NCBI GenBank assembly: GCA_002731775.1
Contig: PCCP01000082.1
Coordinates: 2,091-66,090, forward strand
Source: Gammaproteobacteria bacterium
GTDB taxonomy: Bacteria; Pseudomonadota; Gammaproteobacteria; Pseudomonadales; Pseudohongiellaceae
Direction: 5' to 3'
DNA: 64,000 nucleotides
Shown here: one piece after another, positions 26,621-32,885 of the stretch
How the letters are laid out: each line of letters opens with the position of its first letter
How positions within the stretch are numbered: the stretch's first letter is position 1
Notes under the pieces: model-generated
What the model saw: the letters and a program-made list of their open reading frames with translations, nothing else
Database searches by the model: none
Told to the model about the DNA's origin: nothing
Made by a program: the position numbers and the translations under genes

Positions 26621-26704
26621 TAGGGGACACTAATAGTTTAATAGCTTAACGACAAACTAGCCCTAATCACCAGCCTTAAGCTATTAAACTATTAGTGTCC
26701 CCTA
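26621..26704. repeat. R6: perfect 29-bp inverted repeat with 26-nt loop
   Basis: TAGGGGACACTAATAGTTTAATAGCTTAA (26621-26649) and its exact reverse complement (26676-26704), between convergent genes. Confidence 0.9.
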
Positions 26705-26718
26705 TTGCCTATTGCCTT

Positions 26719-27222
26719 TTATCTAGGCTTCCAGAAAAAGACCTCAAAGTCGCGGAGCGGCGCTGCCCCCTCGTAGAGTGAATCATCTAGCGTCATGCCC
26801 ACCTTGGCGGCCCACTGCTCCATCATGGCGATGGCCTCGTCACCAAAAATTTCGATGGCCTCCATCGTATAAGTCGCTTCGCCAATCCGCAGCCATCCAT
26901 CACCACCGTGGTCCCTCACGTGCTGCGCCCATAGTGCTCCGTCCGGGTGGGTGGCTGTGATTACACCATCAGCAGTGCCCACCCAGGACAGATAAGTAAC
27001 AAAAGGTGGGAATCCGCTTTGCTTCATGAGCAAAGGAAGCCGAACGCTCTCATTGAGCGGCGTGAAGTCAGCCTCGGCCGGAGTTGGTGTTCCCCCAAGA
27101 ATTACGCCGGGGGTGCGGGCAAGTCCCGTATTGCCGAGGTAGGGAGCCGTGAACATCCAGCTCAGCACTCCGACCAGTAGCACCGCTCCGATCAAGATCC
27201 CAGCGAGCTCTCGCTTCTTCAT
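26719..27222 (-). CDS. hypothetical membrane-anchored protein
   Basis: 167 aa. N-terminal TM MKKRELAGILIGAVLLVGVLSWMF. No family recognised. Confidence 0.5.
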   Translation of the reverse strand: MKKRELAGILIGAVLLVGVLSWMFTAPYLGNTGLARTPGVILGGTPTPAEADFTPLNESVRLPLLMKQSGFPPFVTYLSWVGTADGVITATHPDGALWAQHVRDHGGDGWLRIGEATYTMEAIEIFGDEAIAMMEQWAAKVGMTLDDSLYEGAAPLRDFEVFFWKPR

Positions 27223-27268
27223 TGCGCATCCTCCGTGTCGATGTATGGGAAGCTTAACCAGTATAAGT

Positions 27269-27300
27269 GAGAGTACAGGGTCAGGTCTTGCCTGTTAGCA
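27269..27300. repeat. R3-type half-site (GAGAGTACAGGGTCAGGTCTTGCC variant)
   Basis: GAGAGTACAGGGTCAGGTCTTGCCTGTTAGCA. The first 24 nt are identical to 30261-30284. Confidence 0.85.
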
Positions 27301-27381
27301 TGGGAATTAGAAGTAATTCATGCTTGCGCTATAACTCAGATAGAGCCATTTGCCACGGAAGGTTGAGGATACACTTAAGAT

Positions 27382-27561
27382 GTGGTTCGTCATCAGGGAA
27401 AAGCTGTAGACTTTAATCCCCAGCGTAAGCTTCCGTTCCCGCAGATTATCCAGGTAGTAGCAATAGTCATCCGCCTCGACAAACACCGCCTTGCGGTTGT
27501 GCCCTCGCTGCACAATATGGTGCGGTATCCCTGCCACAATAACCCTCGCTTTCCTTGGCAT
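27382..27561 (-). pseudogene. N-terminal fragment of a REP-associated tyrosine (Y1, IS200-like) transposase (RAYT)
   Basis: MPRKARVIVAGIPHHIVQRGHNRKAVFVEADDYCYYLDNLRERKLTLGIKVYSFSLMTNH matches the first ~60 aa of RAYT-type transposases up to the HUH motif. Similarity stops at 27382; the rest of ORF 27307..27561 is unrelated. Confidence 0.8.
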
Positions 27562-27634
27562 GGCTGGCTACCCCCCAAGCAAACTCTACCAGGAATCTTT
27601 AGACCTGCCCGCGTCCTGGTGTCAACCATTCACC

Positions 27635-27694
27635 GAAAATAAATCTGTCCCTATTTACTATATACTTTTGTAATTAGGGACAGCTTTAATTTTG
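27635..27694. repeat. two R1-type half-sites in outward-facing arrangement
   Basis: GAAAATAAATCTGTCCCTATTTAC (27635-27658) and AATTAGGGACAGCTTTAATTTTG (27672-27694). Confidence 0.8.
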
Positions 27695-27712
27695 AATTCG
27701 AGGAATTTCCCG

Positions 27713-28831
27713 ATGAGAAGACTGCTTACCACTATTGCTTGCTTATTTATTGCCGCACCCTGCGCGCTCGCTCAATACGCCCCGCAGATTTCGATTGAAT
27801 CCGTTCCCGACTTCTTTCAGCTACCACAGGGTATGAATTTTGGTGAAGCCTCCGCCATCGCAGTGAATTCACAAGGCCATATTTTTGTATTTCACCGATC
27901 CAACCCCTCTGGGGGTGGCCCCGCTTATGGCATGCATGCTGCGCAGCTATTTGAATTTGATAGCAACGGCCGCTATCAACGAGAACTCGGGCGGGGCTTA
28001 TACGCCTGGTCGTTTGCCCACGGGCTGCGCATAGACAGCAACGACAACATCTGGACCGTGGACAAAGGTTCCAACATGGTGGTGCGCATGGACCCCTCCG
28101 GCAGGGTGGTGTGGGTGTTCGGCAGAAAGACAGAATCGGTATCCGAAGCGGCCCGACCCTTCGAACATGTGGACACACCCCGACCTCCCCAGGATGGCCG
28201 TTTTCGCGAGCCCACGGATGTGGCGGTTGATTCGGCAGGCAACATTTACATCACCGATGGCTATATCAATTCCCGCGTCGCCAAATATGATTACAATGGT
28301 GACTGGGTAAAATCCTGGGGCGAACCGGGAACCGGCCCCGGACAGTTTCGACTCCCCCATAGCATCGCCATCGACAAGGCTGACAACGTCTATGTGGGGG
28401 ATCGTTCCAATGCCCGCATTCAAGTGTTCGACACCGATGGCAATTACCTGCGTGAATTCCGCGTAGCCACCCCGGTGCGTCCTGGCTCGAAGGCGGTTAA
28501 CGGACCCACGCCTACCGAACTCACCGAGATCAGTGCCAACGGCGCCCCCAATTCTTTGTGTATCCCACCGGGCAGCGACGTGATCTTCGTCGGGGAAACC
28601 ACTTTTCCAGGACGCATTATCAAAGCGACCTTACAGGGAGAGGTGCTGGGAGTCATTGGTAATTCAGGTAGGAATCTGGGAGAATTTTCTGGTGCCCATG
28701 GCCTCGCCTGCCCGTCAGAAGACGTTTTGTATGTGGCAGAGACGTCTAATTCTCGAGCGCAGAAGTTGCTTATTGGGGAACAGGGACAGATTTATTTTCC
28801 TGGGCGGGAGCGTCAGCGCTTCAAAAAATAA
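27713..28831 (+). CDS. exported NHL-repeat six-bladed propeller, peptidyl-alpha-hydroxyglycine lyase (PAL)-like
   Basis: Start moved to ATG 27713 (MRRLLTTIACLFIAAPCALA). NHL repeats: HGLRIDSNDNIWTVDKGSNMVVRMD, PTDVAVDSAGNIYITDGYINSRVAKYD, PHSIAIDKADNVYVGDRSNARIQVFD. The last 17 codons lie inside a repeat element. Confidence 0.7.
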   Translation: MRRLLTTIACLFIAAPCALAQYAPQISIESVPDFFQLPQGMNFGEASAIAVNSQGHIFVFHRSNPSGGGPAYGMHAAQLFEFDSNGRYQRELGRGLYAWSFAHGLRIDSNDNIWTVDKGSNMVVRMDPSGRVVWVFGRKTESVSEAARPFEHVDTPRPPQDGRFREPTDVAVDSAGNIYITDGYINSRVAKYDYNGDWVKSWGEPGTGPGQFRLPHSIAIDKADNVYVGDRSNARIQVFDTDGNYLREFRVATPVRPGSKAVNGPTPTELTEISANGAPNSLCIPPGSDVIFVGETTFPGRIIKATLQGEVLGVIGNSGRNLGEFSGAHGLACPSEDVLYVAETSNSRAQKLLIGEQGQIYFPGRERQRFKK

Positions 28832-28846
28832 ATCTGTCCCTATTTA
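28781..28846. repeat. R1-type palindromic element (long form)
   Basis: CAGGGACAGATTTATTTTCCTGGGCGG ... AAAAAATAAATCTGTCCCTATTT. The left arm lies inside CDS 27713..28831. Confidence 0.85.
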
Positions 28847-28875
28847 GAAATTGTGTGTTCAGAGAGGTAGACGAT

Positions 28876-29265
28876 ATGAAGTTTGTGAATAGCCTGGCGC
28901 TTCGAGTACTCGTCGCAGCGGGATTCCTGTTTGCCATTCAGCCCACGATCGCGCACCACTCCTTCGCGGGTTTCAGCAATGATGAAGTCAAGGAGTTCAC
29001 GGGCATCATCAAGGAATTTCAATTCAGGAATCCCCACGTATGGATTCAGATCCTGACAGCAAACGCGGAAGGGCAGGAAGAGGAATGGAGCGTCGAGTGG
29101 GGCTCCCCAAATCAGTTGGGACGGCGCGGTATTCGTCCGACAACGTTTCCACCGGGGGCCGAGGTCACCGTGCGGATCCGACCGATGATCAACGGCTCTG
29201 CGGCCGGCGCGTTCGTCGGAGCCAAGTTTCCCGACGGTACCATCGTCGGCCAATGGGAAGACTAG
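28876..29265 (+). CDS. small exported protein, predicted mature N-terminus HHSFA (DUF6152-like by recollection)
   Basis: Start moved to ATG 28876. MKFVNSLALRVLVAAGFLFAIQPTIA then HHSFAGF. Shares an NPH block (FRNPHVWI) with 30863..31240. Confidence 0.7.
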   Translation: MKFVNSLALRVLVAAGFLFAIQPTIAHHSFAGFSNDEVKEFTGIIKEFQFRNPHVWIQILTANAEGQEEEWSVEWGSPNQLGRRGIRPTTFPPGAEVTVRIRPMINGSAAGAFVGAKFPDGTIVGQWED

Positions 29266-29343
29266 AGCGGTAAACGCTGTTCCCCAGTGCACGCCCTTGC
29301 TGCGTCGTCTTTTTAAAGCGGATGGGTTTTTGCAGGTACGGCC

Positions 29344-30255
29344 ATGCATGGGAGGGGCCGTCCGAACGGTAGCGAAACCATGGAGAAACGGATTGTCATG
29401 ACGGTTACATTAAGACACAGGCACAACACTCTGCGCCCATTTCAAACGGCAAGCGCCCTGCTTGTGAGTCTGGGCATAATTATCCTGCTCCTACCGAAAG
29501 CTGGTTACGCGCAAGAGGGAGATTCTCTCCCCGACTGGAGCGGCGTTTGGGCCATGAACGGTGGAACGGTCTTCGACCGAGCCACAGTTGAGGGCCGGGG
29601 CGGATCGAACACGCCGGGCGTGCGAGAACATCCGCCGTACAACGCAGAATATGAGGCGACGTATGTACGCAACCTGCAGCTTCGTGATGACGGATTGTTC
29701 CCGGATCCCTTATCCTTCTGCGGGATTCCTCCCGGGTTCCCGCGGATCATGAATATGCCTGATGTTTACGAGTTCGCGGTGACCCCCAAACAAGTCTGGA
29801 TCATGACTGAAAATGGACCGGGTATCCTGAGGATCTACACAGATGGCCGCGAACATCCGGATCCTGAGATGATGTGGCCCACTCATACCGGGGATTCGGT
29901 AGGGCATTGGGAAGGCGATACGCTGGTGTTCGACACGGTAAGTCTTCACAGTTCGGTCGAGGGCCGGACGATCCTTGATCGCACGGGCCTGTACCTGAGC
30001 GATGCGGCACACATCGTCACGCGAATGCGTAAGCTTGACGACGAAACAATAGAAGCCCAGATGACGATAGAAGACCACAAGGCTCTGACGGCGCTATGGG
30101 TCGTGACCAAGACGTACCGGAAACTGGAGGAGGAAACGCGTGTGTACGACTACGCTTGCGCCGGGAACAACCGAAATCCAGTGGATGTAGAAAACAACCG
30201 GACGCTGATTCTGGGCCCCGACGGGGAAATTCTAAACAGCGATATTCAGCGTTAG
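29344..30255 (+). CDS. short divergent relative of the YEYACHEGNY family (ends VYDYACAGNN)
   Basis: 303-aa ORF (start may be ATG 29398). LPDWSGVWAM, FCGIPPGFP, GDSVGHWEGDTLVFDT, VYDYACAGNNRN parallel the family blocks. Confidence 0.7.
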   Translation: MHGRGRPNGSETMEKRIVMTVTLRHRHNTLRPFQTASALLVSLGIIILLLPKAGYAQEGDSLPDWSGVWAMNGGTVFDRATVEGRGGSNTPGVREHPPYNAEYEATYVRNLQLRDDGLFPDPLSFCGIPPGFPRIMNMPDVYEFAVTPKQVWIMTENGPGILRIYTDGREHPDPEMMWPTHTGDSVGHWEGDTLVFDTVSLHSSVEGRTILDRTGLYLSDAAHIVTRMRKLDDETIEAQMTIEDHKALTALWVVTKTYRKLEEETRVYDYACAGNNRNPVDVENNRTLILGPDGEILNSDIQR

Positions 30256-30260
30256 GGGAA

Positions 30261-30284
30261 GAGAGTACAGGGTCAGGTCTTGCC
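30261..30284. repeat. R3-type half-site (direct copy of 27269-27292)
   Basis: GAGAGTACAGGGTCAGGTCTTGCC, 8 nt before the RAYT fragment. Confidence 0.85.
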
Positions 30285-30292
30285 CACTGCCG

Positions 30293-30376
30293 ATGACCAA
30301 TCACTACGATCTATTGATCGAAACGCCCGATGCGAATCTTTCTGTGGGAATGCGCCATCTCAATGGCGTTCACACC
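30293..30376 (+). pseudogene. internal fragment of a RAYT/Y1 transposase (HUH region)
   Basis: MTNHYDLLIETPDANLSVGMRHLNGVHT matches LMTNHYHLL.ETP..NLS.GMR.LNG.YT of this transposase family. HUH is degraded to H-Y-D. Similarity ends about 30376 where the IS3 stub begins. Confidence 0.7.
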
Positions 30377-30384
30377 CTGCCCAG

Positions 30385-30714
30385 TCAGACTTTTTTAAGC
30401 CAGTTGTTGCGCGAGTACAATTCAGCGACAACTTGTTTGAGGTCATTGTTTTCCTTCTTGAGATCCACCACTTTATCACTGCTGGCTTCACGAACGGTAT
30501 CACCAGACAAACGTTTCTTTCCGGCTTCAAGAAACTCTTTGCTCCCTCGGTAATAGAGATTGGCGTTGATCCCTTCACGACGGCATAACTCTGCCATCGA
30601 ATACTCACCCCGTAATCCGTCTAGCACAATGCGGATTTTCTCTTCGGACGAAAACTTGCGTCGAGTATTACGGCGAATATCCTTGACGTATTTTTCGGTG
30701 TTTGACATGCTCAT
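30385..30714 (-). mobile_element. IS3-family orfA (HTH transposase part) stub; orfB missing
   Basis: MSMSNTEKYVKDIRRNTRRKFSSEEKIRIVLDGLRGEYSMAELCRREGINANLYYRGSKEFLEAGKKRL.. is typical IS3/IS911-type OrfA. AGAGGAG RBS. An A6G run lies 3 nt before the stop. No orfB follows. Confidence 0.75.
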
Positions 30715-30862
30715 TTCGAGACTCCTCTGCTTCACATTAAAATAGCAGATATGTCTCTTAGTGAATTAGGCTAAATGGTCTAATATGGGCTGACGGCGAA
30801 CACTTGTATATTAGCCAGATTATGGAAATTCCCGTCTTTTAGGGGAATTCTGGGGAAATGCC

Positions 30863-31240
30863 ATGAGGATACTCATTAATTGTCTGACCCTACTCGGTCT
30901 GATTACTCATGTGATGAATGCCGCAGCCCATCACAGTTTTGCTGCAGAATTTTCCTATGAACTGTTCGGCACCAAAGACGGCGAAGTTGTCGAGGTGCAC
31001 TACGTTAATCCTCATACCCGCGTTTTCATCGCCGTCACCAATGAGAACGGTGAAAAAGAAATATGGGATGCACAGACCCATGCCGTCAGCATGCTGCTCC
31101 GCGCTGGCTGGAGAAGGGACACTCTCAAGGTAGGTGAAAGAGTTATGCTCCAGGGCAACCTGGGACTAGAAAATAGTCGAAAGTTGTGGATCAGGACGAT
31201 GACCCTGGAAAACGGCACCGTCATTACACCTGATGATTGA
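30863..31240 (+). CDS. small exported protein, predicted mature N-terminus HHSFA (second copy)
   Basis: 125 aa. MRILINCLTLLGLITHVMNAAA then HHSFAAEF. NPH block YVNPHTRVF. Paralog of 28876..29265. Confidence 0.7.
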   Translation: MRILINCLTLLGLITHVMNAAAHHSFAAEFSYELFGTKDGEVVEVHYVNPHTRVFIAVTNENGEKEIWDAQTHAVSMLLRAGWRRDTLKVGERVMLQGNLGLENSRKLWIRTMTLENGTVITPDD

Positions 31241-31253
31241 GGAGTAAGTAATA

Positions 31254-31526
31254 GTGAAGAATAAGGCGAGTATTCTCGGATTCTTTCTCACGCTTGTACT
31301 GACGAGTAGCTGCCTGGCCCAGTTGCAGGGTGAATGGCTGCTGACGGTGAATCATGGTATAGAGCGTCTGTGCTTGCTTACCTTCGGAGGCAGTGACGGC
31401 GAGCTGGAAGTTTTTGTGGATGGTGGGCCGGTCGATTTTGTCCTGGAAGGCAACACCCTAGAAATGGACGTTGATTACCGTGATGGCGGCGGCAGGCTCC
31501 TCAGCGAGCATTTCACCAGCACGTAA
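31254..31526 (+). CDS. hypothetical small exported protein
   Basis: 90-aa GTG ORF 13 nt after the previous gene. Signal MKNKASILGFFLTLVLTSSCLA. Confidence 0.4.
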   Translation: MKNKASILGFFLTLVLTSSCLAQLQGEWLLTVNHGIERLCLLTFGGSDGELEVFVDGGPVDFVLEGNTLEMDVDYRDGGGRLLSEHFTST

Positions 31527-31654
31527 TGCCGGGAAGTTGGGCATACTGGTTGAATGCAGGAATCAAAGGAGCCAGAGTAGGCTCGGTAAATCGAGGCGGA
31601 GCAACTAAATTCTGCCCAATCTTGAATCTCGATCATTCTAGAGAAATACGGCCC

Positions 31655-32266
31655 GTGAAAACAATTAGTTTTTTTGCCCTTTCGGTTTTGTTACTGAGTT
31701 CCTGTACGTCATCTACCGCACAATTTCAGGTGGGCCAGATTAGAACCGCTATGGGAGATATATTAATCTGGTTGTACCAGGACGTGCCTGAGCACAGAAT
31801 CAATTTTATCGAATTGGCCGAGGCCGGTTATTGGGATGACTACACCTTTAATCGGGTGATAGAGGGTTTCGTGGCTCAGGGCGGATGCCCGGACACACCG
31901 GAAGGTTTTGCCTATTCCATTCATCTTCTGGAGCCAGAGTTTCGAGAGAACTTGAAACATGTTTACGGCACCTTTGCGGCGGGCCGCGATGATAACCCCG
32001 GAAAGCTATCTGCGGGCTGTCAGTTTTATATTGTCCAGGACCCCGAAGGTATTCCTCGGCTGGATAATAATTACACGATCTATGGGCAGGTCTTTCGAGG
32101 TATGGACGTCATCGAATCAATCGTAAGAGTAGAAACTGATTCAGCCGATGCGCCACTGGAAGACATCGAACTGGACGTGAATGTGGTCCAAATGACCCGC
32201 GCGGCTATTGAGGCCAGCGGTTTTGAAATTCCGTTAGGGAACTGCGGGTCAGGTCTTGCATGTTAG
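31655..32266 (+). CDS. cyclophilin-type peptidyl-prolyl cis-trans isomerase lipoprotein
   Basis: Start moved to GTG 31655 (VKTISFFALSVLLLSSCTSS lipobox). FNRVIEGFVAQGG, AGCQFYIV, YTIYGQVFRGMDVIESI. The last 7 codons and the stop lie in an R3 repeat. Confidence 0.75.
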   Translation: MKTISFFALSVLLLSSCTSSTAQFQVGQIRTAMGDILIWLYQDVPEHRINFIELAEAGYWDDYTFNRVIEGFVAQGGCPDTPEGFAYSIHLLEPEFRENLKHVYGTFAAGRDDNPGKLSAGCQFYIVQDPEGIPRLDNNYTIYGQVFRGMDVIESIVRVETDSADAPLEDIELDVNVVQMTRAAIEASGFEIPLGNCGSGLAC

Positions 32267-32304
32267 CACTCCTGATTTTCCCGCTAACATGCAAGACCTG
32301 ACCC
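32246..32304. repeat. R3-type palindromic element, perfect 22-bp arms
   Basis: GGGTCAGGTCTTGCATGTTAGC (32246-32267) and GCTAACATGCAAGACCTGACCC (32283-32304). Confidence 0.9.
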
Positions 32305-32345
32305 TGTATTCGTTAAGTTGTTAAGTTGAGAGTGGCCTGGAATAT

Positions 32346-32648
32346 TTAGAGCATGAATAGTCGTTGCAGGTAGGGAAATATCACCGCTGTCAGTATTACC
32401 GCCTGGGTCCAGCCAAAATATCTGATCACCCAATCAATTCTTGCTCCTTGTTCCGCAAAACGGGTATCCGTATAAGCCTGCTGCTCGGCGAAGCGGGAGT
32501 TCAGATACTCCTTGGTTACCAATGCTTCGAGATTCACAGTGAAGGCCTCCATCAGTACTTCGGCTTGAACTTCTACCTGCTCGACTGGCATACCAGCCTA
32601 TTCGAGGCGGCGTATAAATTTGTAGGTATCAAATGCGGTAATTGCCAT
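32346..32648 (-). pseudogene. DUF1640-like coiled-coil membrane protein interrupted by an in-frame TAG at codon 17
   Basis: ATG 32648: MAITAFDTYKFIRRLE, then TAG (32600-32598), then AGMPVEQVEVQAEVL..., all in one frame. The N-terminus matches the FDT.KFV..L..AG...EQAE pattern of DUF1640. Confidence 0.6.
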
Positions 32649-32743
32649 TGTACACTCCCTGTTTTAGGCACATCCAGCTCAAAGTATTAGAGAGAGGTTG
32701 CGGCTTTCGCCAAATTGGCAAGCAATTAGACCGAAGCAGAAAT

Positions 32744-32810
32744 CAACAGGGACAGAATTAGTTTCCTATTGAGACTTGGCCCATTTGGAAAATTGGATCT
32801 GTCTCTATTG
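32744..32810. repeat. R1-type palindromic element (diverged)
   Basis: CAACAGGGACAGAATTAGTTTCC ... GGAAAATTGGATCTGTCTCTATTG. Confidence 0.7.
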
Positions 32811-32885
32811 CTGATTTGCCTTAACGATAATACCTGGACTAATCTACACTGCGTCGAAACTGACTGGTTAAAGAGGGAGTAGCAC

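Noticed and set aside
27307-27381. C-terminal 24 residues of ORF 27307..27561 (ILSVSSTFRGKWLYLSYSASMNYF) as part of the transposase.
   Set aside because: There is no similarity to Y1 transposases after MTNH. I treat it as read-through into unrelated sequence beyond the breakpoint.
32246-32304. R3 elements as integron attC sites (they contain GTTAGC ... GCTAAC).
   Set aside because: The GTTAGC/GCTAAC boxes are internal rather than terminal. Flanking genes are long, bidirectional and not cassette-like, and no intI integrase is present.
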